Shown: positions 17,122 to 24,137 of the stretch, in pieces
Numbering within the stretch: the stretch's first letter is position 1
Layout of the letters: each line of letters begins with the position of its first letter
Source: a virus
Taxonomy: Duplodnaviria > Caudoviricetes
Virus record (IMG/VR): IMGVR_UViG_3300038321_000170
Span: 1-29,574 of that record
Direction: 5' to 3' (one strand)
DNA: 29,574 nt
Program-made: the position numbers and the translations under genes
Notes under the pieces: model-generated
The model's input: only the letters and a program-made list of their open reading frames with translations
The model's database searches: none
Told to the model about the DNA's origin: nothing

Positions 17122-18508
17122 TATCGCGAGTTATCAGGCCGGGATTGATTTAGCTGCTGTCCCAGCGGATTTTGTCATCGTCAAGGCGACACAGGGGACG
17201 GGCTACGTTAATCCCTATTGTGATGAGCATTATCATGCGGCAAAAGCCGCAGGTAGGCTTGTTGGTGTCTATCATTATGCTGGTGGCAACGGCGCAGAGG
17301 CAGAGGCTGAGTTTTTTGTAAACAATATCCGCGGTTACCTGGGAGAGGCGCTACTCGTGCTGGACTGGGAAGCGGCGGAGAACAGTGCCTTTGGCAGTGT
17401 TGACTACGCCAAAGCATTCTTGGACCATGTGTTTGCGCTTACTGGCGTAAAGCCGCTGATTTACATGAGCTCCAGCGTTGTGACCGGCTGCGACTGGTCC
17501 GCTGTGGCCGCTGGGGACTACGGCCTATGGGTTGCCGGGTATTATAATGGCTACAACGCGATGTCGTACAATTCAGACGCGCCGATGCAAAATATTGCTT
17601 ATTGGGGCTGTGCGTCCATGTATCAGTACACGAGTTCGGGTCAACTGCCCAATTATGGCGGAAGCTTGGACTTAGATGTATTTTACGGTGATGAAAGCGC
17701 TTGGCGGGCCTATGCCGGCACAGCACAAGCCCCATCAGACCCCGAGCCGCCAACGGGAGATGTGCCTATCACGGATCGCCCAATCTGCAATGAGCAGCAT
17801 TTCGGCATTTGGGTGCGCAATGTCCATGACAATGTGGGCGTATCTAAAGTTATGGCAGCTGTATGGTCCGCTTTTGGTGGACAGGACGACCTGGTCTGGT
17901 ATGATATGGCTCCGGCCCCTGACGGTGAGGCAGATAGCTATGCGCTATCCATTGACGTGGCCAAGCATGGTGGCGTCAGCGACGGGAACAACATCATCGC
18001 GGATGTATACGCCTTTGACGCAGCTGGAAACAGGCGTTGCCTTGGCCGGTGTACAACAGAAATGACGACTCGGATTGATAGCCCACTAAAACCAATGGGG
18101 AACGTGATCAGTAAGGCGCACGTTCAAAATTTTGGCTGGCTGGATACCGTGGGCGAGGGTGAAACGGCTGGTACCACGGGCAAGGGGTTACGACTAGAGG
18201 CTCTAGCAGTGCGGTCCTGTATTGATGGGATTATGGTCAAACTGCAAGGCCATGTTGAGGATTACGGATGGATGCATACCATTAACCAGGACCAGGCAGT
18301 CGGGACGATTACACAGTCGAAACGACTGGAAGCGATCAAGCTTACATTGGAAGGCGAAAAGGCGGATCGGTACACCATTACCTACCGTGCCCACGTCCAA
18401 GGAATTGGCTGGATGGATTGGGTTTCCGACGGCACGATCGCCGGTACGACCGGCAAAGGCCTGCGCATGGAAGCCGTGCAGATAAAAATCGAAAAGAAAG
18501 CGGCTTAA
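17099..18508 (+). CDS. Endolysin: GH25 muramidase + Bsp-like domain + ChW repeats
   Basis: [24 protein letters not shown] (GH25); [15 protein letters not shown] (Bsp-like); three HVQ/E..GW...GT...LR(L/M)EA repeats (ChW). Confidence 0.92.
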   Translation: MMSLNGIDIASYQAGIDLAAVPADFVIVKATQGTGYVNPYCDEHYHAAKAAGRLVGVYHYAGGNGAEAEAEFFVNNIRGYLGEALLVLDWEAAENSAFGSVDYAKAFLDHVFALTGVKPLIYMSSSVVTGCDWSAVAAGDYGLWVAGYYNGYNAMSYNSDAPMQNIAYWGCASMYQYTSSGQLPNYGGSLDLDVFYGDESAWRAYAGTAQAPSDPEPPTGDVPITDRPICNEQHFGIWVRNVHDNVGVSKVMAAVWSAFGGQDDLVWYDMAPAPDGEADSYALSIDVAKHGGVSDGNNIIADVYAFDAAGNRRCLGRCTTEMTTRIDSPLKPMGNVISKAHVQNFGWLDTVGEGETAGTTGKGLRLEALAVRSCIDGIMVKLQGHVEDYGWMHTINQDQAVGTITQSKRLEAIKLTLEGEKADRYTITYRAHVQGIGWMDWVSDGTIAGTTGKGLRMEAVQIKIEKKAA

Positions 18509-18514
18509 AGCCCC

Positions 18515-18542
18515 TTGATTAATTTTGTGTATTATATAATAT
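18515..18542 (+). promoter_or_regulatory. Possible sigma70/sigmaA promoter for the ncRNA unit
   Basis: TTGATT 18515-18520 with TAATAT at 16-nt spacing (TATAAT at 14 nt). Confidence 0.45.
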
Positions 18543-18610
18543 AGAAGAAACGGAACGATACAACCCCATCCGCCAGAGCAGACAGGACATTGAAAGAAAG
18601 GAAGGACTAC

Positions 18611-18640
18611 ACAGAACAATAACACTAGGTGTATTTAAAT
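18611..18640 (+). CRISPR. Solitary 30-nt repeat resembling clostridial type I-B repeats (not an array)
   Basis: ACAGAACAATAACACTAGGTGTATTTAAAT vs remembered consensus GTTGAACNNTAACATNAGATGTATTTAAAT; intact 3' ATTTAAAT handle. Confidence 0.7.
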
Positions 18641-18689
18641 AAGTTGGAAAATAGTACGACTATTTTAAAACCGAACCATATTCCACATC

Positions 18690-18716
18690 CCCCTAGCTTC
18701 GGCTGGGGGCTTTTTT
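18690..18716 (+). terminator. Rho-independent terminator
   Basis: CCCCTAGC-TTCG-GCTGGGGG-C-TTTTTT. Confidence 0.9.
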
Positions 18717-18751
18717 ATTGCAAAAAATAAAAAAAATAATCTTAAAAACAC

Positions 18752-18780
18752 TTGACATTTGCCCTCTATGGGTATATAAT
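18752..18780 (+). promoter_or_regulatory. Consensus early promoter P1
   Basis: TTGACA-17 nt-TATAAT with A-rich UP region. Confidence 0.92.
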
Positions 18781-18832
18781 ATACTTAAAGATAAAGAGAG
18801 AGACAAGGAAAAGTCCAAAACACCAGAAAGAT
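18770..18832 (+). repeat. 63-bp perfect direct repeat copy 1 (-10 box plus leader)
   Basis: Identical to 19385-19447. Confidence 0.92.
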
Positions 18833-18838
18833 AAAAAA

Positions 18839-19306
18839 ATGAAAAGATTAGAATATAGCCAAGAAGTACACGATTTATTATTAGAAATAGCAGAAGAAGG
18901 GTCTTGTTATTGGAGATACCAAGGCTCCCATCACAACGGATTAATCCCCGTGGGACACAAATCCAACGAAAGAATTTTTGAAGGTGAAGAACCCGAATTT
19001 GAAGAAGAAGGGTGCTCCTGCTACGATAACCCTTGGCAGCTGCTAGAATACTTGGCAATCGACGGACAGGATTTAGACAAAACAGATGTGGTCCTGTTTG
19101 TTGGGGATCACGTGGGCTACGGAATCGTTGAAGAGGATGTAGTTGAAGTTACAGAAGAGTCCGACGTTATGTACTCTTTAAGTCTTAGAGATTTTTATAA
19201 ATTTGCTTTTAATGTTCCAGAAGACCTATATTGGAATACTTATAATGTAAAAGAAAAATTCTGCGATTATACAGAAGAGTTTATAAAAGAAGTTTTTAGC
19301 AAATAG
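18839..19306 (+). CDS. Highly acidic early protein (155 aa), candidate anti-defence factor
   Basis: Track start 18752 is the -35 box, so ATG 18839 is the plausible start; about 36 D/E vs 12 K/R by hand count. Confidence 0.75.
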   Translation: MKRLEYSQEVHDLLLEIAEEGSCYWRYQGSHHNGLIPVGHKSNERIFEGEEPEFEEEGCSCYDNPWQLLEYLAIDGQDLDKTDVVLFVGDHVGYGIVEEDVVEVTEESDVMYSLSLRDFYKFAFNVPEDLYWNTYNVKEKFCDYTEEFIKEVFSK

Positions 19307-19366
19307 GGGCAACTCATAATTTTAGGTAAAAAGTTCAATAATTTTTAAAAAAAATATAAAAAACTA

Positions 19367-19395
19367 TTGACATTCCCCCTCTAGGGGTATATAAT
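19367..19395 (+). promoter_or_regulatory. Consensus early promoter P2
   Basis: TTGACA-17 nt-TATAAT; spacer dyad CCCCT-CT-AGGGG. Confidence 0.92.
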
Positions 19396-19447
19396 ATACT
19401 TAAAGATAAAGAGAGAGACAAGGAAAAGTCCAAAACACCAGAAAGAT
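19385..19447 (+). repeat. 63-bp perfect direct repeat copy 2
   Basis: Identical to 18770-18832. Confidence 0.92.
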
Positions 19448-19793
19448 GAAGACAATGAATAATTACTACGAAAAATTGGACAAAGAACTTGGAAAAGAAT
19501 TACCAAGATTGGAAACGACAGAAATGTTTTACTTTACAGCCGGGCAAGTAGCCCGGTACATATTAAAGCAAGCACCGGCAGGACGGCATTACAATAAGAT
19601 TAATCCGTTGCTCGCTGCGAAAACGAGCGGGGAGCTAAAGAAAAAGATTTTAACAGCGTTTAAATCTAACAATAACATAGACCAAAATGAACGGTTTGAA
19701 CGTGCGCTTGCGATCGTCCTCGGATGGAAACAAGACGATCCGGTGGATGAAGAAACATTAATTTTGGGATACACGACAAAATCCGCATTTTAA
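19446..19793 (+). CDS. Stand-alone Cas8b(Csh1) C-terminal/Cas11b-like protein, candidate anti-CRISPR
   Basis: Collinear motifs FYFTAGQVARYIL, INPLLAAKT..ELKKKI...F, RFERALAIVLGW, VDEETLILGY match the remembered Csh1 C-terminal pattern; start could be ATG 19455. Confidence 0.72.
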   Translation: MKTMNNYYEKLDKELGKELPRLETTEMFYFTAGQVARYILKQAPAGRHYNKINPLLAAKTSGELKKKILTAFKSNNNIDQNERFERALAIVLGWKQDDPVDEETLILGYTTKSAF

Positions 19794-19854
19794 ACAAATT
19801 AAGCTGACCTACCGGCTACACGGGGAGAAAGATAAAACAATATGGGAGGAATAA

Positions 19855-20055
19855 TTGGACAACAATCTTATCCCGCTAACACAGTGGACAAAAATGAACG
19901 GTCTTAATCCACGCTATTGCCGTCGAAAGGCGGCACGCGGTGGATACAAAACAGCAGTTAAAATTGGTAGAGATTGGATGATCGACAAAAATGAAAAAAA
20001 TGTTGATCTAAGGGTAAAAAGTGGGAAATATAAAAATTGGAGGAACCGAAAATGA
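19855..20055 (+). CDS. Small basic HTH DNA-binding protein (HTH_17/excisionase-like), Aca candidate
   Basis: LIPLTQW...GLNPRYCRRKAARG..KTAVKIGRDWMID; SD GGAGG before TTG. Confidence 0.75.
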   Translation: MDNNLIPLTQWTKMNGLNPRYCRRKAARGGYKTAVKIGRDWMIDKNEKNVDLRVKSGKYKNWRNRK

Positions 20056-20363
20056 AGGTTAAAGGATTTGCAAATTATGGAATGTTGGCACACGAAAAGC
20101 AACCGGTTTTCACAATCGGCGGCATCCCGGCAGATTGTACAGTGTCGGATCGAGTGGAATTTGACATCCCAGACGATTGGGACGTGTTCGAGGGGTCGAC
20201 TGGCGACACCATTCTAGAAAACAAAAACAATGACAGATGGATCGCAAACCAGGTGCTGGAAAGCATCCACGGGGAACCCTATCTATCCGGTGTGGACGGG
20301 AACGGTAACAGCTTTAAAATTAAAATCGCCTATAAAAATTATAAAAATATTGAAGGAGAATGA
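20052..20363 (+). CDS. Hypothetical acidic early protein (103 aa)
   Basis: ATGA overlap with HTH gene; NYGMLAHEK motif. Confidence 0.7.
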   Translation: MKVKGFANYGMLAHEKQPVFTIGGIPADCTVSDRVEFDIPDDWDVFEGSTGDTILENKNNDRWIANQVLESIHGEPYLSGVDGNGNSFKIKIAYKNYKNIEGE

Positions 20364-20364
20364 G

Positions 20365-20532
20365 ATGAGCACACGAAAAGTAAAATATTTTGCGGCCACA
20401 GCTTTTGGGTTTGCAATTGCAACAATTGTTTGCTGCTCCCGCCCTGTTTCGGCGATTGGTGGAGAGTGGGCGCTCCCAATCTTATCGATTGGAGTTCTGG
20501 CGTTTAGGGACATGCTTAAGGTGCCAAGATGA
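20365..20532 (+). CDS. Small two-TM membrane protein (55 aa)
   Basis: SD AAGGAG before ATG 20365; hydrophobic segments around AIGGEW. Confidence 0.7.
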   Translation: MSTRKVKYFAATAFGFAIATIVCCSRPVSAIGGEWALPILSIGVLAFRDMLKVPR

Positions 20533-20705
20533 TTTATTGCGCTGAAATCGAACGCCCGTACAACACGGCGGGCGACCGCCACGGATGTTGCGCCAATTGC
20601 AGACACGTTTCGGCGTGCGGGGACGCGTGCCGGTACGTCGAAACGATTCAGGATGGATTTTGTGAGCACAATTTAAAAAATCAGGAGGGGGGGGGCAAAT
20701 CGTGA
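20529..20705 (+). CDS. Cys-rich small protein (58 aa), not in ORF track
   Basis: ATGA and GTGA overlaps on both sides; MIYCAE...GCCANCRHVSACGDAC...FCEH. Confidence 0.65.
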   Translation: MIYCAEIERPYNTAGDRHGCCANCRHVSACGDACRYVETIQDGFCEHNLKNQEGGGKS

Positions 20706-20887
20706 AGCGGATAAGTTTTGGAAAAGCGGGAGAGTTTGTTGACGCTCGATCCGATCAGGAAATTATGGAAAGGGAAGAGATGGAAAACATGGAATTTAAA
20801 CAACGGTATTATAGGGCGTATGGGATCAAAAATAAGCGGCTTAAAAAAATGCACGCGCGGCAGATCGGAGGGATGACCGATGATTAA
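20702..20887 (+). CDS. Hypothetical protein
   Basis: GTG start coupled to upstream stop; SD within a G9 tract. Confidence 0.55.
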   Translation: MKRISFGKAGEFVDARSDQEIMEREEMENMEFKQRYYRAYGIKNKRLKKMHARQIGGMTDD

Positions 20888-21206
20888 ACAATGTGACTGT
20901 AAAACGTGCGGGAACTTTTTCGAGAGCATGCTTAACAATTGCAGGGCGCTCAAGTTCATCGACAACGAGCCGGACCAGTGCCCAGCGAGAATGACAATCG
21001 AAAAAGCAAAGGCGGTGGATCGAATGGCCTACATCGACTACTGCAGCACGCAGCGCTGCATTATTTCGCCAAAGACATTCTTGAAGCAATTCGCCTGCAT
21101 TGTCATGAACAGGGACGAATTGGATGCAGTCTACAAGGAAATTGTTTTGCGTAAAGAAATAGAGTTGGGGCTTGCCCCAGAAAGCGCCTTAAAAAATGGA
21201 CGCTAA
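20880..21206 (+). CDS. Hypothetical Cys-rich protein
   Basis: SD GGAGG; CDCKTC...C...CPAR; overlaps neighbours. Confidence 0.65.
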   Translation: MIKQCDCKTCGNFFESMLNNCRALKFIDNEPDQCPARMTIEKAKAVDRMAYIDYCSTQRCIISPKTFLKQFACIVMNRDELDAVYKEIVLRKEIELGLAPESALKNGR

Positions 21207-21504
21207 AAAATTTGAATATTTTATCAATCTACTTTCAGACGTTCTGGATTATGCGGCGCTCAACAAACCGGACTCGCCGATCAACGTCCGGACCATCAAA
21301 ATCAACTTTCCAAAAGGCGGCGAACCTGAAATGATCGTTGAATTGAGGCGCGGCGTATCGGAATTGCAGAATTCCAGCGACATTTTTGGGCGGAACTCAG
21401 CGATCCCAACTTTTAGCTATGCGACCGTCGGGAGAAAAGAAGTTCTGGTGTCGCAAATCTATTCGGATGTGGAAATTAAGAATTACAGAAAGGAAAAAAA
21501 ATAA
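21196..21504 (+). CDS. Hypothetical protein
   Basis: Fills gap, coupled to next gene (TAATG). Confidence 0.6.
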   Translation: MDAKKFEYFINLLSDVLDYAALNKPDSPINVRTIKINFPKGGEPEMIVELRRGVSELQNSSDIFGRNSAIPTFSYATVGRKEVLVSQIYSDVEIKNYRKEKK

Positions 21505-21989
21505 TGAGTGAATTATTTGAGATTGCGAGGTGCTATTCGGACGCCGTAGAGGATGCCGAAACGGCGGTGGAAGCGCAAAGCGCGCTGGATCACATTGCCG
21601 AAAAGTTTAACACAAAAGCAGACAACATGGCCTGCCTGATTAAAAACTTAAGGGCAACGGCCACCGCAATGAAAGCTGAAGAAGCAGAAATGGCCAAGAG
21701 GAGAAAGGCGATTGAATCTAAAATCGAATGGCTAAAAATCATTTTAGCCGGCTCGATGAGACAGGCCGGTTGCAGGAAGATGGTTACCAACCGCAATGCG
21801 ATATCGTTTAGAAAATCAACTCGGCTGGTCGTTCCGTGCGAACAAGAAATCATCCAAAAATACCCAGAGTACGCCAAAACAAAAACGACTGTGACTCTGG
21901 ACAAAATTAAGCTGAAGGACGAATTGAAAAACGGCGTGATTATTGACGGCGCCGACCTGCAAGATTATCAAAATTTGCAGATTAAATAA
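21504..21989 (+). CDS. Siphovirus Gp157-family protein
   Basis: KADNMACLIKNL...EEAEMAKRRKAIE...ISFRKS...DKIKLKDELKNG..IDGA.L...NLQIK. Confidence 0.88.
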   Translation: MSELFEIARCYSDAVEDAETAVEAQSALDHIAEKFNTKADNMACLIKNLRATATAMKAEEAEMAKRRKAIESKIEWLKIILAGSMRQAGCRKMVTNRNAISFRKSTRLVVPCEQEIIQKYPEYAKTKTTVTLDKIKLKDELKNGVIIDGADLQDYQNLQIK

Positions 21990-22004
21990 GGAGGCTGTTT
22001 AAGA

Positions 22005-22613
22005 ATGGGATTACCCGTTTTAATTATGGGCAAGAGTGGATCTGGCAAGACCTTCTCGATCAAAGAGATGGATCCCGAATCGGTTGGAATATTTTCAGTC
22101 GAAAAAAGCCGGCTTCCGTTTCGCAAAAAGTTTCACGTAGCAGCCAACGCAACGTATACGATGATAATTAAGGCTCTCAGCGCGCCAAAGCTGAAGACTT
22201 ACATTATCGATGACTCGCAATACTTGATGGCCAACGATATGTTCGACAAGGCCAAAGTCACCGGTTATGGAAAATTCACAGATATGGCAAAAAAATTCCG
22301 GGATTTAATCCACTTCATCAACGCGCAAGTTCCGGGCGATGTGATTGTTTATTTTTTGCACCACACCGAAACGGATAGCAATACCGGAGAGGTGAAGGCC
22401 AAAACGTGCGGAAAAATGCTGGACAACCAACTGACAGTAGAGGGTTGCTTTAATATCGTGTTACTCGCAACAATAGAAGACAAAAAACACTATTTTGTTA
22501 CGCAATCAGACGGGACAACGACGGCAAAAAGCCCGGAAGATATGCTTGAAGAAAAGATTCCCAACGATCTAGCGGCGGTCGATTCCGCGATCCGCGAATA
22601 CTACGAAATTTAG
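22005..22613 (+). CDS. Sak4-like AAA ATPase (ssDNA annealing)
   Basis: Walker A GKSGSGKT, IIDDSQYLM, GYGKF, AKSPEDM...IPNDL; between Gp157 and SSB. Confidence 0.85.
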   Translation: MGLPVLIMGKSGSGKTFSIKEMDPESVGIFSVEKSRLPFRKKFHVAANATYTMIIKALSAPKLKTYIIDDSQYLMANDMFDKAKVTGYGKFTDMAKKFRDLIHFINAQVPGDVIVYFLHHTETDSNTGEVKAKTCGKMLDNQLTVEGCFNIVLLATIEDKKHYFVTQSDGTTTAKSPEDMLEEKIPNDLAAVDSAIREYYEI

Positions 22614-22623
22614 GAGGAAAACG

Positions 22624-23157
22624 ATGAAAAAAATTAATTGGAACGACGTGCAGGAAGCCAACGAGTTTGAATTATTACCAGCTGGAGGATATGAGTGCCA
22701 GATTTTAAGAGTTGATGACAACGAGGAAAAGGAATACTTAGAATTGGAATTTGATATTTGTGCCGGTCCGCAAAAAGATTTCTTCGTTAACTCATGCGCC
22801 GGTCTAGATTGGTGGCCGGGGTCGACGATCAAGTCGTACAAACAAAAAGCCTTGCCATTTTTTAAAGCGATGTTGACCGCCGTCGAAAATAGCAACGATG
22901 GATTCACGGCCAACACTTTTAGCGATCCTTCAGAATTGATCAACAAAAAAGTCGGCATGGTCATCGGACACGAACAGTATTGGAACGGAAACGGGCAGAA
23001 AAGAACGCGCATTCGGGTCGCGTCATTTAGGAGTCTGGACAAAATCCGCAAAGGCGATTTCAAGATTCCGGAACTAAAAATAAACGATTATAACAAGCCG
23101 GAAATTGACGGGTTTGTTGACGTCACCGACACAGACGATTCGGACTTGCCATTCTGA
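22624..23157 (+). CDS. Phage SSB (DUF669-like)
   Basis: LLPAGGYECQI start; acidic tail ending DDSDLPF. Confidence 0.8.
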   Translation: MKKINWNDVQEANEFELLPAGGYECQILRVDDNEEKEYLELEFDICAGPQKDFFVNSCAGLDWWPGSTIKSYKQKALPFFKAMLTAVENSNDGFTANTFSDPSELINKKVGMVIGHEQYWNGNGQKRTRIRVASFRSLDKIRKGDFKIPELKINDYNKPEIDGFVDVTDTDDSDLPF

Positions 23158-23603
23158 TGGCGGCTATTATCGAAGATACCCGGCAGCAGAAAGGCAAATA
23201 CAAAGAATCTCATAAATATTTTGCAGAAAATGGGGTGCAGGTCGTCCGGTCCAAGCTGGCCGTTGGCGACTATGCGCTCCCAGCACGCCGGGTGGTCGAC
23301 ACAAAAAAAGGTTTTGAAGAGGTCGTTGGCAATTTTTGCAGCGGCGACCGTGAAAGAGTAAAGCGTGAAATTATTAAATCTCGAGAAATTGGAACCGAAT
23401 TGATTTTTTTAATTATCGACAAGAAAGCAAAATCAATCGAGGACGCAAAAGATTGGAAAAATAAGTTCGGAAAAGTGAAAGGCATAACGCTCTACAAAAC
23501 GCTCGACACGTTTGCCAAACGATACGGAGTTCGGTTTGAATTTTGCACGCCTCAAGAAAGCGGGCGAAAAATATTGGAATTATTGGAAGGCGATGGAACA
23601 TGA
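23157..23603 (+). CDS. ERCC4/XPF-domain nuclease (probable resolvase)
   Basis: IIEDTRQQ, KLAVGDY, VVDTKK, RYGVRFEFC motifs. Confidence 0.85.
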   Translation: MAAIIEDTRQQKGKYKESHKYFAENGVQVVRSKLAVGDYALPARRVVDTKKGFEEVVGNFCSGDRERVKREIIKSREIGTELIFLIIDKKAKSIEDAKDWKNKFGKVKGITLYKTLDTFAKRYGVRFEFCTPQESGRKILELLEGDGT

Positions 23604-24136
23604 GGGCAAGATTGACAACAAAAGAAAAGGCAGATATCGCGAAGGCGACTGTCACGATGCCCGAACTGTTATGCGCGTTTGGGCTGGACGGCAACGCGCG
23701 GCACGGGCGAATCAAGTGCCCGATCCACAACGGTGCGAATGAAGGAAGTTTTGCATTCAAAGACCGCGTCTTCCACTGCTTTGCTTGTGGCGCAAAAGGC
23801 GGCGTCGTGTCGTTTGCCGAACAGTATTTGCATTGCGGTTTCGAGGACGCACTTCGGGAAATCAATCGCATGTTTCGGCTGTGGGAAGATGACCCGGACA
23901 AGCCGGTCAATATTGTCCGGCAGCAATCTCTTAGGAACCGCGCGCTTGAAGCCGAGAAGCGCAAAATCCAAGAGGCCAACAAGAAAAAAGCAGACTATGC
24001 GAAACGTCTTGAGCTTGCAAGGCTGGACGGCAACGCGATCCGATATGCGCCAAAATCTGAGTTGGACGAATTGGCGCCGGAATTTGTCGAAGCGCTGCAA
24101 AAAATAAGCGTACAAGAATACATTGCGGAGGCCTAA
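23600..24136 (+). CDS. CHC2 zinc-finger protein (DnaG-type zinc-binding domain without catalytic domain)
   Basis: CPIH...SF...FHCFACGAKGGVVSF; ATGA overlap gives start 23600. Confidence 0.85.
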   Translation: MRARLTTKEKADIAKATVTMPELLCAFGLDGNARHGRIKCPIHNGANEGSFAFKDRVFHCFACGAKGGVVSFAEQYLHCGFEDALREINRMFRLWEDDPDKPVNIVRQQSLRNRALEAEKRKIQEANKKKADYAKRLELARLDGNAIRYAPKSELDELAPEFVEALQKISVQEYIAEA

Positions 24137-24137
24137 A

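Larger units (their letters stand above)
18545..18716 (+). ncRNA. Candidate crRNA-like small RNA (Racr-like)
   Basis: ORF-free interval between promoter-like sequence and strong terminator, containing a solitary CRISPR-like repeat. Confidence 0.55.

Noticed and set aside
18545-18716. Full CRISPR array
   Set aside because: Only one complete repeat plus a short degenerate partial; no repeat-spacer periodicity and no cas operon
18752-18838. N-terminal 29 codons of the 184-aa track ORF
   Set aside because: The TTG is the -35 box of promoter P1, so this part cannot be on the P1 transcript; ATG 18839 used instead
19855-20055. Excisionase of an integration module
   Set aside because: Fold class fits, but no integrase or att-like context is visible
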